From NCBI RefSeq assembly GCF_001194135.2, contig NC_069004.1, forward strand, positions 18,702,570-18,766,248: a DNA stretch of 63,679 bases. Reading direction: 5' to 3'. Source of the stretch: Octopus bimaculoides (taxonomy: Eukaryota). The notes under the pieces are model-generated. The model was not told where the DNA came from. It saw only the letters and a list, made by a program, of their open reading frames with translations, and did not search any database. Both the position numbers and the translations under genes were made by a program. Positions 1 through 13,015 of this stretch are shown here, in pieces (position 1 is the stretch's first letter; the number at the start of each line of letters is the position of its first letter).

Positions 1-214
1 TAAAACAAAAAAGAAGAAAGAAGGGAAAAATCTTGTTCCAAGTCTTTATTCCGATATTTTTAACCAATTTATATTCATCGTAAGTCAGTTTGAAGATTCT
101 ATATGATATCGCAGACATGGCTGTTTTATTCCCGCACTATTGTAATATATTCTCATGTGTTTAAAACTCTAAATATGCAAACAACCATGGAAGACACAAG
201 GAACAATAATGACA

Positions 215-362
215 AGAACAACTATAATGATGAGGATGACATTGATGATGATGATGATGATGATGATGACAATAATAATAATAATAATAATAACAAAGGT
301 GATGTTAATAATAATGGTGATGATGATAATGAAGATGATGAGGATGATGATGTTTACAATAA
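215..362. repeat. (GAT)n/(AAT)n compound microsatellite
   Basis: Directly visible; explains the poly-D/N/I/M ORFs at 103-397. Confidence 0.97.
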
Positions 363-707
363 TAATCTTAGCCACTCATGTTGATTTTGACATATGAGTG
401 TTTGAAGAAAAGCATTGAAGACAAAAAAAAAAAATTAAAAAAAGAAGTTGGATCTATTTGCAATGGGTGCGTGAATGTAGTTTGAGTCCAGGTATGGATT
501 TTGCTATGAAGTCACAAAAGGTAACAATGAGGATTTTGATTTTGACTGGGATTGGACAAACGTAGTAAACAGTATATAATAATAATAATAATAATTATCA
601 ATTCAATAATACAGCCTAAACAAAAGAATTCACTAACACAAGACATACTCTATACAGCAAATATCCAATGAAATAAACTACCACCAGCAGGCCGTAATAA
701 CCAACAC

Positions 708-746
<39 letters not shown>

Positions 747-1450
747 CACAAACACTAGTAAAACAAAAGACTGCACCAAACTGCATAATTAAAGAAGAAA
801 AACAGGAAATTGAAGCAATATAGCACTGGGAAGAGTTTTCACACTCCCAACTACTGAAAAGAACACAGAATGCTACACACACCCCAGCAATATGGAGGTG
901 TAACGGGTGATGAAGTAGAAATTTGCCTGAAACTACCAAATGTTGAACAATGATAATAAATAATAATAATAATAATAAACCTCTCTACTAAAGGCATAAG
1001 GGCTGAAATTTTGAAGGGAGGGGCTAGTCAAATATATCAACACCAATGTTCCACTGGTATTATTTCATTGATCCTAAATGGATGAAAGGCAAGGTTGACC
1101 ATTGGTGAAATTTGAATTCAGAACAAGGCCAGCAATTTCTGGCAGTGTATGTGNNNNNNNNNNNNNNNNNNNNNNNNNNNNNNNNNNNNNNNNNNNNNNN
1201 NNNNNNNNNNNNNNNNNNNNNNNNNNNNNNNNNNNNNNNNNNNNNNNNNNNNNNNNNNNNNNNNNNNNNNNNNNNNNNNNNNNNNNNNNNNNNNNNNNNN
1301 NNNNNNNNNNNNNNNNNNNNNNNNNNNNNNNNNNNNNNNNNNNNNNNNNNNNNNNNNNNNNNNNNNNNNNNNNNNNNNNNNNNNNNNNNNNNNNNNNNNN
1401 NNNNNNNNNNNNNNNNNNNNNNNNNNNNNNNNNNNNNNNNNNNNNNNNNN

Positions 1451-1538
<88 letters not shown>
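1451..1538. repeat. (AAT)n microsatellite
   Basis: Directly visible, abuts an N gap. Confidence 0.98.
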
Positions 1539-1540
<2 letters not shown>

Positions 1541-2130
1541 GGTGATGACGTTGAGAATGGCAATAATAACTGTTTCTAATTTTTAAACAATAATTATTTT
1601 TGATAAGGACAATTATGACAGAAAGAGAGCAAAAGAGTGGGAGGAGAGTGTGAGAGAGGAGAGAGAGAGAGATGGTGGTACACTCCTGGGATGAAATTCA
1701 ACCCATGTGTAATCACATTCCCCTCCATACGCAAAAATAAGGGAATTAGTAGTTTAAAATATATGAATGACATTAATAAAAAATAAGTAAATTTTTAAAA
1801 AATAAACTTCTTACATAGGCACAATGTGTGTGTGTGTGTGTGTGTTTGAGTGTCTGTACACGTACACATATGCACACAGTTAAAGTGGAAGAATGTAAAA
1901 CAGAGGAAAAGAAATAGGTAAAGATAGGGGAGAAGGGAAGAGGGAGAGAAAGAAGAGGAGGTAGAGGAGGAGGAGGAAGTGGAAGGGGAGGAGAGAAGTA
2001 AAAAGACTGAAAAACACAAGAAATTTTTAAAAGCTGTAGAAGCTTGAACCGAAGATAAAAAAACAAAGAGAGTAGTGAGTGGCAGTAACAGAAATATATA
2101 GAAAAGGGTATGTACATGTGTGTGTGTACA

Positions 2131-2147
2131 TAGATAGATAGATAGAC

Positions 2148-2234
<87 letters not shown>

Positions 2235-2257
2235 CAGTCAAATANNNNNNNNNNNNN

Positions 2258-2310
<53 letters not shown>
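2131..2310. repeat. (GATA)n and (GA)n microsatellites
   Basis: Directly visible. Confidence 0.98.
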
Positions 2311-2318
<8 letters not shown>

Positions 2319-2599
2319 TGAAGATGAAAAGAATTCCTGAAGCTATTTATTTCTTTTATTTTAAAGAAGTATAATAATAATTTAAAAAATGGAGAAAAGG
2401 AGAGGAGGGGGAAAAGAAAAACAAAGACATCAAATAGATAGAGCTATAAAAAAAATTATCAACAACAACAGCAGTAGCAGCAGCAGCAGCATAAAGTTAC
2501 TGTTTCTTTGAACAAAACATGGTTTATATTCAACTTTTGGAATAAGTTTCCTATGAGTATTTATTTATATGTATGTATTTAAATGTATGCATATACATT

Positions 2600-2612
2600 T
2601 AAATATATATAT

Positions 2613-2700
<88 letters not shown>

Positions 2701-2810
2701 ACACACGCTCATAAATACAAACATACATATAAATCTGTATACACATATAGCTATATATATATTTATACCCACACGCACACACATATAAATACATACATAT
2801 GTAGAAGATG

Positions 2811-2848
<38 letters not shown>

Positions 2849-2970
2849 TGCATGTACGTACGCATGTTCATATATATAAATACATTTATAAACACACACA
2901 GATATATATTCCCACACATGCAAAGTTATGTGTATGTGTATTTATATACACACACACACACACACACATG
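2600..2970. repeat. (TA)n/(CA)n compound microsatellite
   Basis: Directly visible. Confidence 0.97.
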
Positions 2971-3192
2971 TTTAGTTATAAAAATACATGCATATAAACT
3001 AGCTTTTATATATTTTTATCCTCTATTCATATTTCCTACTCCAATTCATTTAATTTTTGAAGTTACAATATTACAACCATATATTTGATTCTCTTGTCTT
3101 TCATTCTCTCGTTGTATATCTTTCCATCAAACTTTTTAGCCATTAATCTACATAAGAAGATATTTTATTCTATTTCATCTGCTCAGATTTAT

Positions 3193-3330
3193 TCAAACTT
3201 TTCCAGTCTTCTTCCTTCTCTTCTCTTTCTTCTTTACAATTCCTAACACACTGGATGGATTCCTTGCAAATGCATGGCCTTTTCTGCTCTCCTTGATGTT
3301 GTAAACACCAAAGAGCTCGCAGCAAGGTGG
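3193..3330 (-). CDS. Candidate terminal coding exon of an unidentified long-intron gene (PPCCELFGVYNIKESRKGHAFARNPSSVLGIVKKKEKRRKKTGKV*)
   Basis: Minus strand: ctgac branch-like motif then ctgcag acceptor (AG at 3331-3332), with no other AG for about 50 nt upstream. Phase-0 frame is open for 45 codons to TGA at 3193-3195, and AATAAA motifs follow. Non-repetitive and more GC-rich than the flanks. The other two frames are also open (29 and 52 codons), so the frame is uncertain; no family recognised. Confidence 0.4.
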   Translation of the reverse strand, partial: PPCCELFGVYNIKESRKGHAFARNPSSVLGIVKKKEKRRKKTGKV

Positions 3331-3512
3331 CTGCAGTTTTCAGTCAGTTTTGTATGTGATAGAACCAAATGAAAAAAAAAATTGTAATAATAATAATAAT
3401 AATAATAATAATACAAGTGTTGAAGAAAAGGAAGGATGTTTGTGCGTGTGTATGTAGGTATACATGTATACAGACTGACTATATAAATTGTATGTATGTA
3501 TATGCATGCATG

Positions 3513-3596
<84 letters not shown>

Positions 3597-3795
3597 TTCA
3601 TACAGCCAGACATTAAAGATAAAACAATTGAAATATAGAAATATAAAATTAAATAGAAGAAGAAGAAGAAGAAGAAGAAGAAGAAGAAGAAGAAGGGAGG
3701 GGGAGAATATGATATCTTTTTTTAAAATTGTTTGAAACATCTTTTTAAACAAAACCTACATTAATAGTAGTTAATGATGGTGATACTACTACTGC

Positions 3796-3841
<46 letters not shown>

Positions 3842-3843
<2 letters not shown>

Positions 3844-4028
3844 CAGAGCTGGGACCTATACACGACAGAGCTGGGACCTATACACGACAGAGCTGGGACC
3901 TATAAAGGAATATATTCACAGACACGACAGAGCTGGGACCTATAAAGGAATATATTCACAGACACGACAGAGCTGGGACCTATAAAGGAATATATTCACA
4001 GACACGACAGAGCTGGGACCTATAAAGG
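3842..4028. repeat. Minisatellite: 22-bp unit x2, then 40-bp unit x3.5, running into a gap
   Basis: GACAGAGCTGGGACCTATACAC x2, then GACAGAGCTGGGACCTATAAAGGAATATATTCACAGACAC repeats. Confidence 0.95.
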
Positions 4029-4653
4029 NNNNNNNNNNNNNNNNNNNNNNNNNNNNNNNNNNNNNNNNNNNNNNNNNNNNNNNNNNNNNNNNNNNNNNNN
4101 NNNNNNNNNNNNNNNNNNNNNNNNNNNNNNNNNNNNNNNNNNNNNNNNNNNNNNNNNNNNNNNNNNNNNNNNNNNNNNNNNNNNNNNNNNNNNNNNNNNN
4201 NNNNNNNNNNNNNNNNNNNNNNNNNNNNNNNNNNNNNNNNNNNNNNNNNNNNNNNNNNNNNNNNNNNNNNNNNNNNNNNNNNNNNNNNNNNNNNNNNNNN
4301 NNNNNNNNNNNNNNNNNNNNNNNNNNNNNNNNNNNNNNNNNNNNNNNNNNNNNNNNNNNNNNNNNNNNNNNNNNNNNNNNNNNNNNNNNNNNNNNNNNNN
4401 NNNNNNNNNNNNNNNNNNNNNNNNNNNNNNNNNNNNNNNNNNNNNNNNNNNNNNNNNNNNNNNNNNNNNNNNNNNNNNNNNNNNNNNNNNNNNNNNNNNN
4501 NNNNNNNNNNNNNNNNNNNNNNNNNNNNNNNNNNNNNNNNNNNNNNNNNNNNNNNNNNNNNNNNNNNNNNNNNNNNNNNNNNNNNNNNNNNNNNNNNNNN
4601 NNNNNNNNNNNNNNNNNNNNNNNNNNNNNNNNNNNNNNNNNNNNNNNNNNNNN

Positions 4654-4705
<52 letters not shown>

Positions 4706-4979
4706 ACACACACATACATAGAGAGAGGGAAATACATGCAAGCACACATATACATACATGTTTGTATGTATGTGTATATACACATATAGATACAAACACA
4801 CATATACGTACACATATTCTCGTCTCCTAGCATGAAGCCAGCTCCCTTTCAATTGTAGCCCCACCCAGTTGAAAGGGATCATCGTCTTGTGAGGTTCGTA
4901 GCAACCTCACTAGTGCCGGTACCATGAAAAAGAGCACTCAGTACCCTTTGTAAAGTGGTTGGCATTAGAAAGGTCATAA

Positions 4980-5730
4980 TGGAGTGTTTCTTGAGGAGTT
5001 CATTCCCTTACCAGCAGGATGTTTTTCGTTTCATTTTTGAGCACTTGTTTGATGTATTTAATTTGACTAGTATCATTTACCAGGTGCACTCCAAATGATA
5101 TCATATAGTACTCAAAGGTGTTTTGCACTGATTTAAAAACCTCTTCCTCACACTTTTCTTTTGAGACAAGACCTGCCAATATCCCTGCTTCGATAAAAGT
5201 TTAACCCTTTAGCATTTGAACTGGCCATATCCAACCCAAACATTCCACATGCTGGTCAGGTCTGGCCTCTAACACCTATCCTACAAAGTCTATCTAAAAG
5301 CAAACACTCAGATCATTGAAATTCCAAGGCTACAAGATAATGCATGATTAATTCAAAATGTGAATAAACAAACATAACATTTGGCAGAGTAATCTGAAAG
5401 TTAAAGGTTAATGTTGATAGCAGGACCTTGTGGGCTTAACTATCTATGAGTTAAACCAGTCAAGTATCCCAAATGCTGGTAGCAGCTTGGAAACTTCAAA
5501 TGGGATATTGTCTTGTTGCAAGAGGAAAGCTCTGCTCATAATATCTTTTCAAGCCCAGTATAATATTGTTTGGCTACTCTATCACATTTCACAGTACCTT
5601 TATATGATATATTTTCCTCAATACTTAGGTATTTGTAGAACTCGTTTTGTGGCACAGAGACAGTATTGATGCTAAGATTTTGGGGTTTGGTGATCAGTTT
5701 TTCCATATTCAATAATGCTACATGTATCAC
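4980..5730 (-). mobile_element. Degraded R4/Dong-like non-LTR retrotransposon ORF fragment, interrupted by a TTAA MITE
   Basis: Minus-strand YKYLSIEENISYKGTVKCDRVAKQYYTGLEKIL resembles the post-RT YKYLG..E....K.EY..R.+KI region, followed by an FGILDW-like motif. The sequence resumes below the MITE at about 5200. Confidence 0.55.
5205..5407 (+). mobile_element. piggyBac-type MITE (TTAA|CCCTTT...AAAGG(G)|TTAA family)
   Basis: TTAA at 5201-5204 and 5408-5411 with terminal inverted repeats. The same ~200-bp body recurs at about 15590-15790 (-), 16355-16590, 37440-37654, 50355-50580, 56850-57055 (-) and 57690-57860. Confidence 0.7.
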
Positions 5731-5749
5731 AAACTGATGACCAAGTTAT

Positions 5750-6450
5750 GAGAGCAAAGAGATAAAGCCATAGCAGAGCTCATCAAGAAGACAATTAATT
5801 AGCATCAGAGTAAGACTCGCTCACCAGAATTTGTTGATCTGGAGAAGGCTTTTGACAAGAGTACCACAATCCATGAATATTGGTCACTAAGAAACCTAGG
5901 AGTTGATAAAATGGCCAGTGATAGTTCTACAAGTTACAAGCAAAAGTGTAGACAGTAAAGTAATAATCACTGATGATTTAATGCATGAAAGAAGAGGTCC
6001 ACCAAGGTTCAGTATTCAGCCCCCACCAACTTCATTATAATCCTACAGATCACAAAGGGATTTGAAACTACCTATCCATGAGGAGCACCATACGTTGAAG
6101 ATAAAGCTTGTATAGCTGAATCTAATAATAGAATTAAAGAAGAAATTCTCAACGTGGAAATATAACTGAGGATCGTGGTACCACCAGGGAAATGGTATCA
6201 TTTGATATGCAGCAAAGGAGGAGGTAGGAACTCTATATGTTACACCTAATGTAAGCTATGGAAGCAGAAGAGATGTAGTGGAATTACAAGCAGGCTGACA
6301 GAGGAAGCAGAAACGGAGGAAGCAGGCTTTGTATGTGCCAGACGCATTGGAGCAATAAGCACTAAGAGCAGGTCAAAAATAGATTCTCTTAAATGTCCAG
6401 CTGGCTCATGAGAAGTGGTTGATAGCTTCCGTTACCTTGACGACATAATT
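5750..6450 (+). mobile_element. RTE-clade LINE reverse-transcriptase fragment (pseudogenised)
   Basis: FVDLEKAFD at 5830, VHQGSVFSP at about 5997, LKCP...VVDSFRYLD at about 6390-6445; frameshifts and stops throughout. Confidence 0.9.
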
Positions 6451-7147
6451 ATTTATATGCATGTACACATGTGCATATAAATGTGTATTATGTACTTTTA
6501 AAATTCTTAATACATCCTTCCATATATTATATAACATTTCTCACTCCTGACATATTTATAAGCATGGCTTTCACACTTCAAGTCATCTTTTATTTCTTTA
6601 TAACTCCTCATGAAAGTTTTGTATTTCTTTATATCTCACTGAGCCCCTAAGGTTAATAAAGAAAAGGCCACCGTCATCATTGTTGTCATCATTATTAAGG
6701 CGGTGAGCGGGTAGAATCATTATCCCAGGCAATAAGCTAAGTGACATTTTTCATTTCTTCTGGCATTATGTTCTGAGTTCAAATTCCACCAAGGTCAACT
6801 TTGCCTTTCATTTTTATCAGGGCTGGTAAAATAAGTATCAGTTGAGCTCTGGAATCAATGTAATCAACTAACCCCCTCCCCACAAAATTTCAGCATTATG
6901 ATGATGATGATGATGATAATAATAGTCGTCGTCATCGTCATCATCATCATCATCATCATCATTATTATCATTATTATTATTATTACTCATATACACTCAA
7001 CAGATTAGACTGTTGGAAAAGGAAAAAAAATCCTAACATTGGGCTAATACAAGATGCCTCAGATGCCAAGAACCCTTCCTAAGTAGCCTAGCTGTCCCTA
7101 ATAAATAATAATTATTATTATTGTTATTATTATTACTAAGGCAGCAC

Positions 7148-7372
7148 AAGGCAGCGAGCTGGCAGAATCGTTGGCACACTGAGCAAAATGCTTAGCGGCA
7201 TTTTGTCCATTTTTACATTCTGAGTTCAAATTCCGCTGAGGTTGACTTTACCTTTCATCCTTTCGGGGTCGATAAATTAAGTACCAGTTGCATACTGGTG
7301 TCAATCTAATCGACTGCCCTCCCCCTCTCCTTCAAATTTCAGTCCTTGGGCCTAGAGTAGAAAGGATTATTA
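7148..7372 (+). mobile_element. tRNA-headed SINE family B (well-preserved copy)
   Basis: GGCAGCGAGCTGGCAGAATCGTTGG A-box-like head, GAGTTCAAATTCC B-box, body ending in AGTAGAAAGG-(ATT)n. About 20 further copies, e.g. 970-1140(-), 6697-6900, 7380-7620, 8790-9015(-), 15410-15590(-), 26895-27490 (x3), 33055-33480 (x2), 33605-33800(-), 34335-34505(-), 37120-37290(-), 39380-39600, 48320-48960(-, several), 56220-56425(-), 61470-61690. Confidence 0.85.
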
Positions 7373-8179
7373 AGGGACAGCAAGCTGACAGAATCATAAA
7401 TAAGCATGCCAGACAGAATACTTGGTGGCATTTCATCGGTCTTTATGTTCCGAGTTCCAATTCCACCAAGGTTGACTATCTCTTTCAACCTTTTGGGGGC
7501 AATAAAATAGGAACGAGATGAGCACTGGGGTTGATGTAATCAACTTATCCTCTCCCCCGAAATTGTTGGTCTTGTGCCAAAATTTAAAACCTTGCACCTT
7601 CAGTAGAAAGGATTATTATTATTATTATTATTATAAGCACTGGACAAAATACCTTGAGAAAACATAGTTACAAATTCTACAAGTTCAAATTTTACCAAGG
7701 TAACTACTACCTGTCACTCTTTCTGGAAGTCAATTTAATATTCCTATAAAGCATCCAAGACACTAACACCGCACTACAACATTACTGTAGTACACCACCA
7801 AACACCATCATGACCATAGCACCACCACCACCACAACTCCTATCACATATACAACACATCAACAGCCACCATGTCATTAACTGACCAGCTCTCTAACAAG
7901 CTGAAGTGGCTAGCGAAATGATGAAGTGGTCAGACAATTTGCTCTTGGTCACTATAAGGACAGAGGTCAGTTGTTCAATAATATGATTGGCTGCCAACTT
8001 CCTGGTCACAGGTTCATCCCTCTAGCACCTCCTAGTTGTCTTAATTAAACGTTGGCTATTGTGGGTTAAGTGTGATGCAGAGCGCTGTTGTGTGGTGCCA
8101 AGTTGGTTGAGTGTTTCATTATGTGGAGTAGCATGGTGCTCCACTGATACATACATAAATATGTTTATGTATGTGTCCA

Positions 8180-8210
<31 letters not shown>

Positions 8211-10620
8211 ATGTGTGTGTTTGTGTGTGTAGGCGCCTGTGTATTTGTTTGGCAGTCTGTTTGTCTTTACATGTTTACTACAATCTACATCTCTAGCATT
8301 TATGAATACATCTTCTGTGAATTCCTATCCATACATCAATCTGCATATATATATATATATCTCCCCACCCCCACTCACTCAGCATTTGTGGGTGCGTGGG
8401 GTGTATACATATACCCATATGTATTTAACAGGGTGATAATTTCGACAGAACTTACGCCCGGCCACTTAGAATAAAGTACACGAAGATAAATCTGAGAGTG
8501 AATAAAATATTTAATCCACAACGTTTTTGTTGAACTAAAGATTATGGATTAATTATGTTTTACTTGTTTCATTCAATGGACTGCAGCCATGCTAGGACAT
8601 TGCCTTGAAGGGTTCTTTTGAACACTTTAATGAGAAAATACCAGTACTTACTCTATCGGTTCCTTTTGCTGAACTACTAGGTTACAGGGACATAAACAAA
8701 CTAGCATCAGTTGTCAAGTGGTGGTGGGAGACAAACACACATAAATACACACACACACACATATACATGATGGGCTTCTTTCAGTTTCTTATTTCTTTAT
8801 TGCCCACAAGGGGCTAAACATAGAGGGGACAAACAAGGACAGACAAAGGGATTAAGTCAATTACATCGACCCCAGTACGTAACTGGTACTTAATTTATCA
8901 ACCCCGAAAGGATGAAAGACAAACTCGACCTCGGCGAAATTTGAACTCAGAATGTAATGGCAGACAAAATACCGCTAAGCATTTCGCTGGGCATGCTAAC
9001 ATTTCTGCCAGCTCTGGCTTCTTTCAGTTTCTGTCTACCAAATCCACTCACAAGGCTTTGGTAGGCTCAGGGCAACATTGGAAGACACTTGCCCAAGGAG
9101 TCACACAATGGGACTGAACTCAGAACCATGTGGTTGGGAAGCAAGCCTTTTACTACAAAGCCACGCTATTTCGCAACCACATGTTTCGGGGTTCAGTCCC
9201 ACTGTGTGGTACTTTGCATGGGTTGATGTCTTCCACTATAGTACTAAACCCCTGACGACACCAAAGTCTTGTTAGTAGATTTAGTAAACAGAAACTGCAA
9301 AGAAGCTCATGTGTGTGATGTGTATTTGATGCATCTGTAAATGCACAGATGTGAGTGCATGTGTGCACAAGTACAGCCACTGCTGAAGTAAAATGGTGAT
9401 GTTGTAGATCTAACTGTTTGCTCTATATTTTTGAAAACTTCTGAAATAAAAGCAAAAACCTTCGCTTGAAAAACAAAGTACAGGTTGGTGACAGGAAGAG
9501 CATCCAGTTGTCAACTACTTCTTCAGGTAACTCCCCATCAAATTATTGTCCCCATGTCAGGAGAGAATAAAAACTAACACTAAAAAATGAACAAACAATA
9601 CATACAAGCACACACACACACACACACACAGATATTTCTATGACCGCAGCCACTTGGCTAAAACACATAAANNNNNNNNNNNNNNNNNNNNNNNNNNNNN
9701 NNNNNNNNNNNNNNNNNNNNNNNNNNNNNNNNNNNNNNNNNNNNNNNNNNNNNNNNNNNNNNNNNNNNNNNATATATATATATATATATATATATAAAAC
9801 AGTCAAATTGTCTCAAGTTACGCATTTGTTGCTTCAGAAAGGGAAGGACAGATGGGTAAATTTAGTGTTAGAATGTATAAAAAGACAGGATGGCCATGGA
9901 TGGCAGGAACACTTCTGTCAGGTGTCTGCTCAGTCAGTGCAATCATATGTTGATTGCTTTTATGTTTGGCTTTGTTCAACAAGGCAAAACATAAGGCCCA
10001 GTGAATGAGACTCTAGCCATCGGGATCAGACATAAATGCTGCCAGGAGTATAACATGCTGTCTTTTATCATTGCAGCAGGAAAGGCTGTCATCATCGTCC
10101 TTGTCATTGTCATCATCATCACCACCTAACATCCACTCTTCCATGCTTACATGACTCAAATGGAATTTGTTGTAGCAAAATTTCTTCAGCTAGATGCCCT
10201 TCCTGTCACCAACACTCAGCTGTTTCCAAGTAAAGTAATAATACCTCATGGCCAGACATGTTTTCATGGCAGACTGGAAACTAAAGATATGGCTGACATG
10301 ATGGTGATATCTGTTTTATATGTATGTGTGTATGTATTTATGTATATATCCACATTTCAGAAAGACTCTTGTCACTTACTCAAAATAGCAGTCAAATCTC
10401 TCACAAATCACACCTGACAATTAGAATAAAGGAAAAAAAAAAAAAAATTAAACATTCAACATACACAAAGGCAGGATGGTCATATCTAGAATGCCTTTTG
10501 TCATAGGTGTGCCTGGATCAATTAAGGTTAACTTTGGAATAAATAACAACAATGCCATAAAACATTTTGACTGCTGTGTCCGCTACCATGAAATCGGTTA
10601 ATCCTTCACTCTGCACACGT

Positions 10621-10665
<45 letters not shown>

Positions 10666-10861
10666 GCACATGCAGACATACACAGGCACAACAACAACAC
10701 ACACATACACATACTTCTTATGAGAGGTCACAGTATCATTGACACAATTACAATTACTCATTAGTACAATTAACTTCCAATTAATTAATGTCCTAGATGA
10801 GAATGTCACTGAACTAATGTTTTATTTATTATGTGTACGTCCACACGTACTTAAACCATAC

Positions 10862-10911
<50 letters not shown>

Positions 10912-11009
10912 ATGTACATTAATAGCATAGCTATCAGTAGGTTTTAAAATGTCTTAACATCTTCAAGTTTTCATGTGTTTACAGATTTTGTTTGCATGTG
11001 TGTGAGTGC

Positions 11010-11046
<37 letters not shown>

Positions 11047-11571
11047 CATAAGCCAAACCAAATAAAATTTTGAAAGCATTCGACACATTTGGTTAAGTGA
11101 GCAGTTCAGCACATTTGGTTAATCAAATGTGTCTGAACTGCTAGCATCCCACCATCAGCATATAACTTGGAGTGAAAATGAAATGTAAATCTGGTATCTT
11201 TTGAAGCATGTTACATCACCTGATGAAACTCTTTTGCATTGTGTGTTGCATCTGACGTCATTACATTGTCTCACACTCACTAGGGAGCAGTGCAGAATGA
11301 ATCCCAAATGGTTGTTGTACTAATAAAGCTACAAGTCACACACCGTCATCTGTATTAATCATTTAAAATATACCCTACGTACACCTCGGAATTCCAGACA
11401 TAGATCCAACAACAAATGTACAGTATCCCTGATAACACCTGGTAGTCATAAATGGTGAACGTGCTCTGCAGGCACACTACCTGGGACTTACCCTGAATTT
11501 GGATACCGCATTTAATTAATGCCTCCTCTCTAAACCTTAACTCTTTAATTCTAAATTTAACTATACATATA

Positions 11572-12130
11572 TCAGGTCATTAAGAATGAAATGTCCAATT
11601 TTCTTATGCACCAAGTTTGAATGTTTTATTTTGGCAATTCTTTGTTTTACAACATTGAAGAGTTACACCATCACTTTTCGAAATGCAATTCATGGTGTCT
11701 GTTTATATTACAGCAGATGTATACATCAACCAATAGGATGAAATGATGAATTAAACAACCAAGATTGGTCAATAAACACAGGCCAATTCTCTTGCAGGAC
11801 AATGCTCGACCACATGTTGCACAAAGATATTCATCTAACATATTCACCAGACTTTGCACCAACTCACTATCAAGTTTTTCAGGCATTAGACAACATTTTG
11901 CAAGGAAAAAACTTCAAATCTGAAGAAGATGCAAAAACAGCCTTTCATGATTTCATCACCTCTTGTTCTCCAGAATTCTTCGCTGCTGGCATAAATAAGC
12001 TACCAATAAAATGGCAAATTTTGTGTTGATAATTTAGGTACACACTTGGATTAACTGCATTACTTTTTGTTGAGATAAAATAAAATAAACCTTCAGTTCA
12101 AAATTGGACATTTCATTCTTAACAACTTAA
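11572..12130 (+). mobile_element. Internally deleted mariner (Tc1/mariner) element with both TIRs
   Basis: TA|TCAGGTCATTAAGAATGAAATGTCCAATTTT at left and its inverse TA|TTAAGTTGTTAAGAATGAAATGTCCAATTTT at right. Internal ILLQDNARPHVA, YSPDFAPTHYQVF (YSPDLAPSDYHLF-like) and GINKLPIKWQ are mariner C-terminal motifs. Confidence 0.92.
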
Positions 12131-13015
12131 TATATATGTATATATCTCAGTCTCTTTTGCCAAACTGGTAAGTTACGAGGTGTAAACACACCAACACTNN
12201 NNNNNNNNNNNNNNNNNNNNNNNNNNNNNNNNNNNNNNNNNNNNNNNNNNNNNNNNNNNNNNNNNNNNNNNNNNNNNNNNNNNNNNNNNNNNNNNNNNNN
12301 NNNNNNNNNNNNNNNNNNNNNNNNNNNNNNNNNNNNNNNNNNNNNNNNNNNNNNNNNNNNNNNNNNNNNNNNNNNNNNNNNNNNNNNNNNNNNNNNNNNN
12401 NNNNNNNNNNNNNNNNNNNNNNNNNNNNNNNNNNNNNNNNNNNNNNNNNNNNNNNNNNNNNNNNNNNNNNNNNNNNNNNNNNNNNNNNNNNNNNNNNNNN
12501 NNNNNNNNNNNNNNNNNNNNNNNNNNNNNNNNNNNNNNNNNNNNNNNNNNNNNNNNNNNNNNNNNNNNNNNNNNNNNNNNNNNNNNNNNNNNNNNNNNNN
12601 NNNNNNNNNNNNNNNNNNNNNNNNNNNNNNNNNNNNNNNNNNNNNNNNNNNNNNNNNNNNNNNNNNNNNNNNNNNNNNNNNNNNNNNNNNNNNNNNNNNN
12701 NNNNNNNNNNNNNNNNNNNNNNNNNNNNNNNNNNNNNNNNNNNNNNNNNNNNNNNNNNNNNNNNNNNNNNNNNNNNNNNNNNNNNNNNNNNATATATATG
12801 TATGTATATACACACACACACACACACTCAATCTGAGACTATAGCAGAAGACACTTGCCTAAGGTGTCACGCAGTGGGACTGAACTTGGAACCATGTGGT
12901 TGGGAAGCAAACTCCTTACCACACATCCATGTCTTCGAGAGAATGTATATACCTATATTAGAAAGCTAAGCATTAGAGAAATGTAGAGTAATATACCCAA
13001 ACTTCAGATATGGTA

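Noticed and set aside
11492-11529. Minus-strand candidate exon ending CAGG|gtaagt (EEALIKCGIQIQ)
   Set aside because: Strong donor but purine-rich acceptor context next to the mariner insertion; insufficient support.
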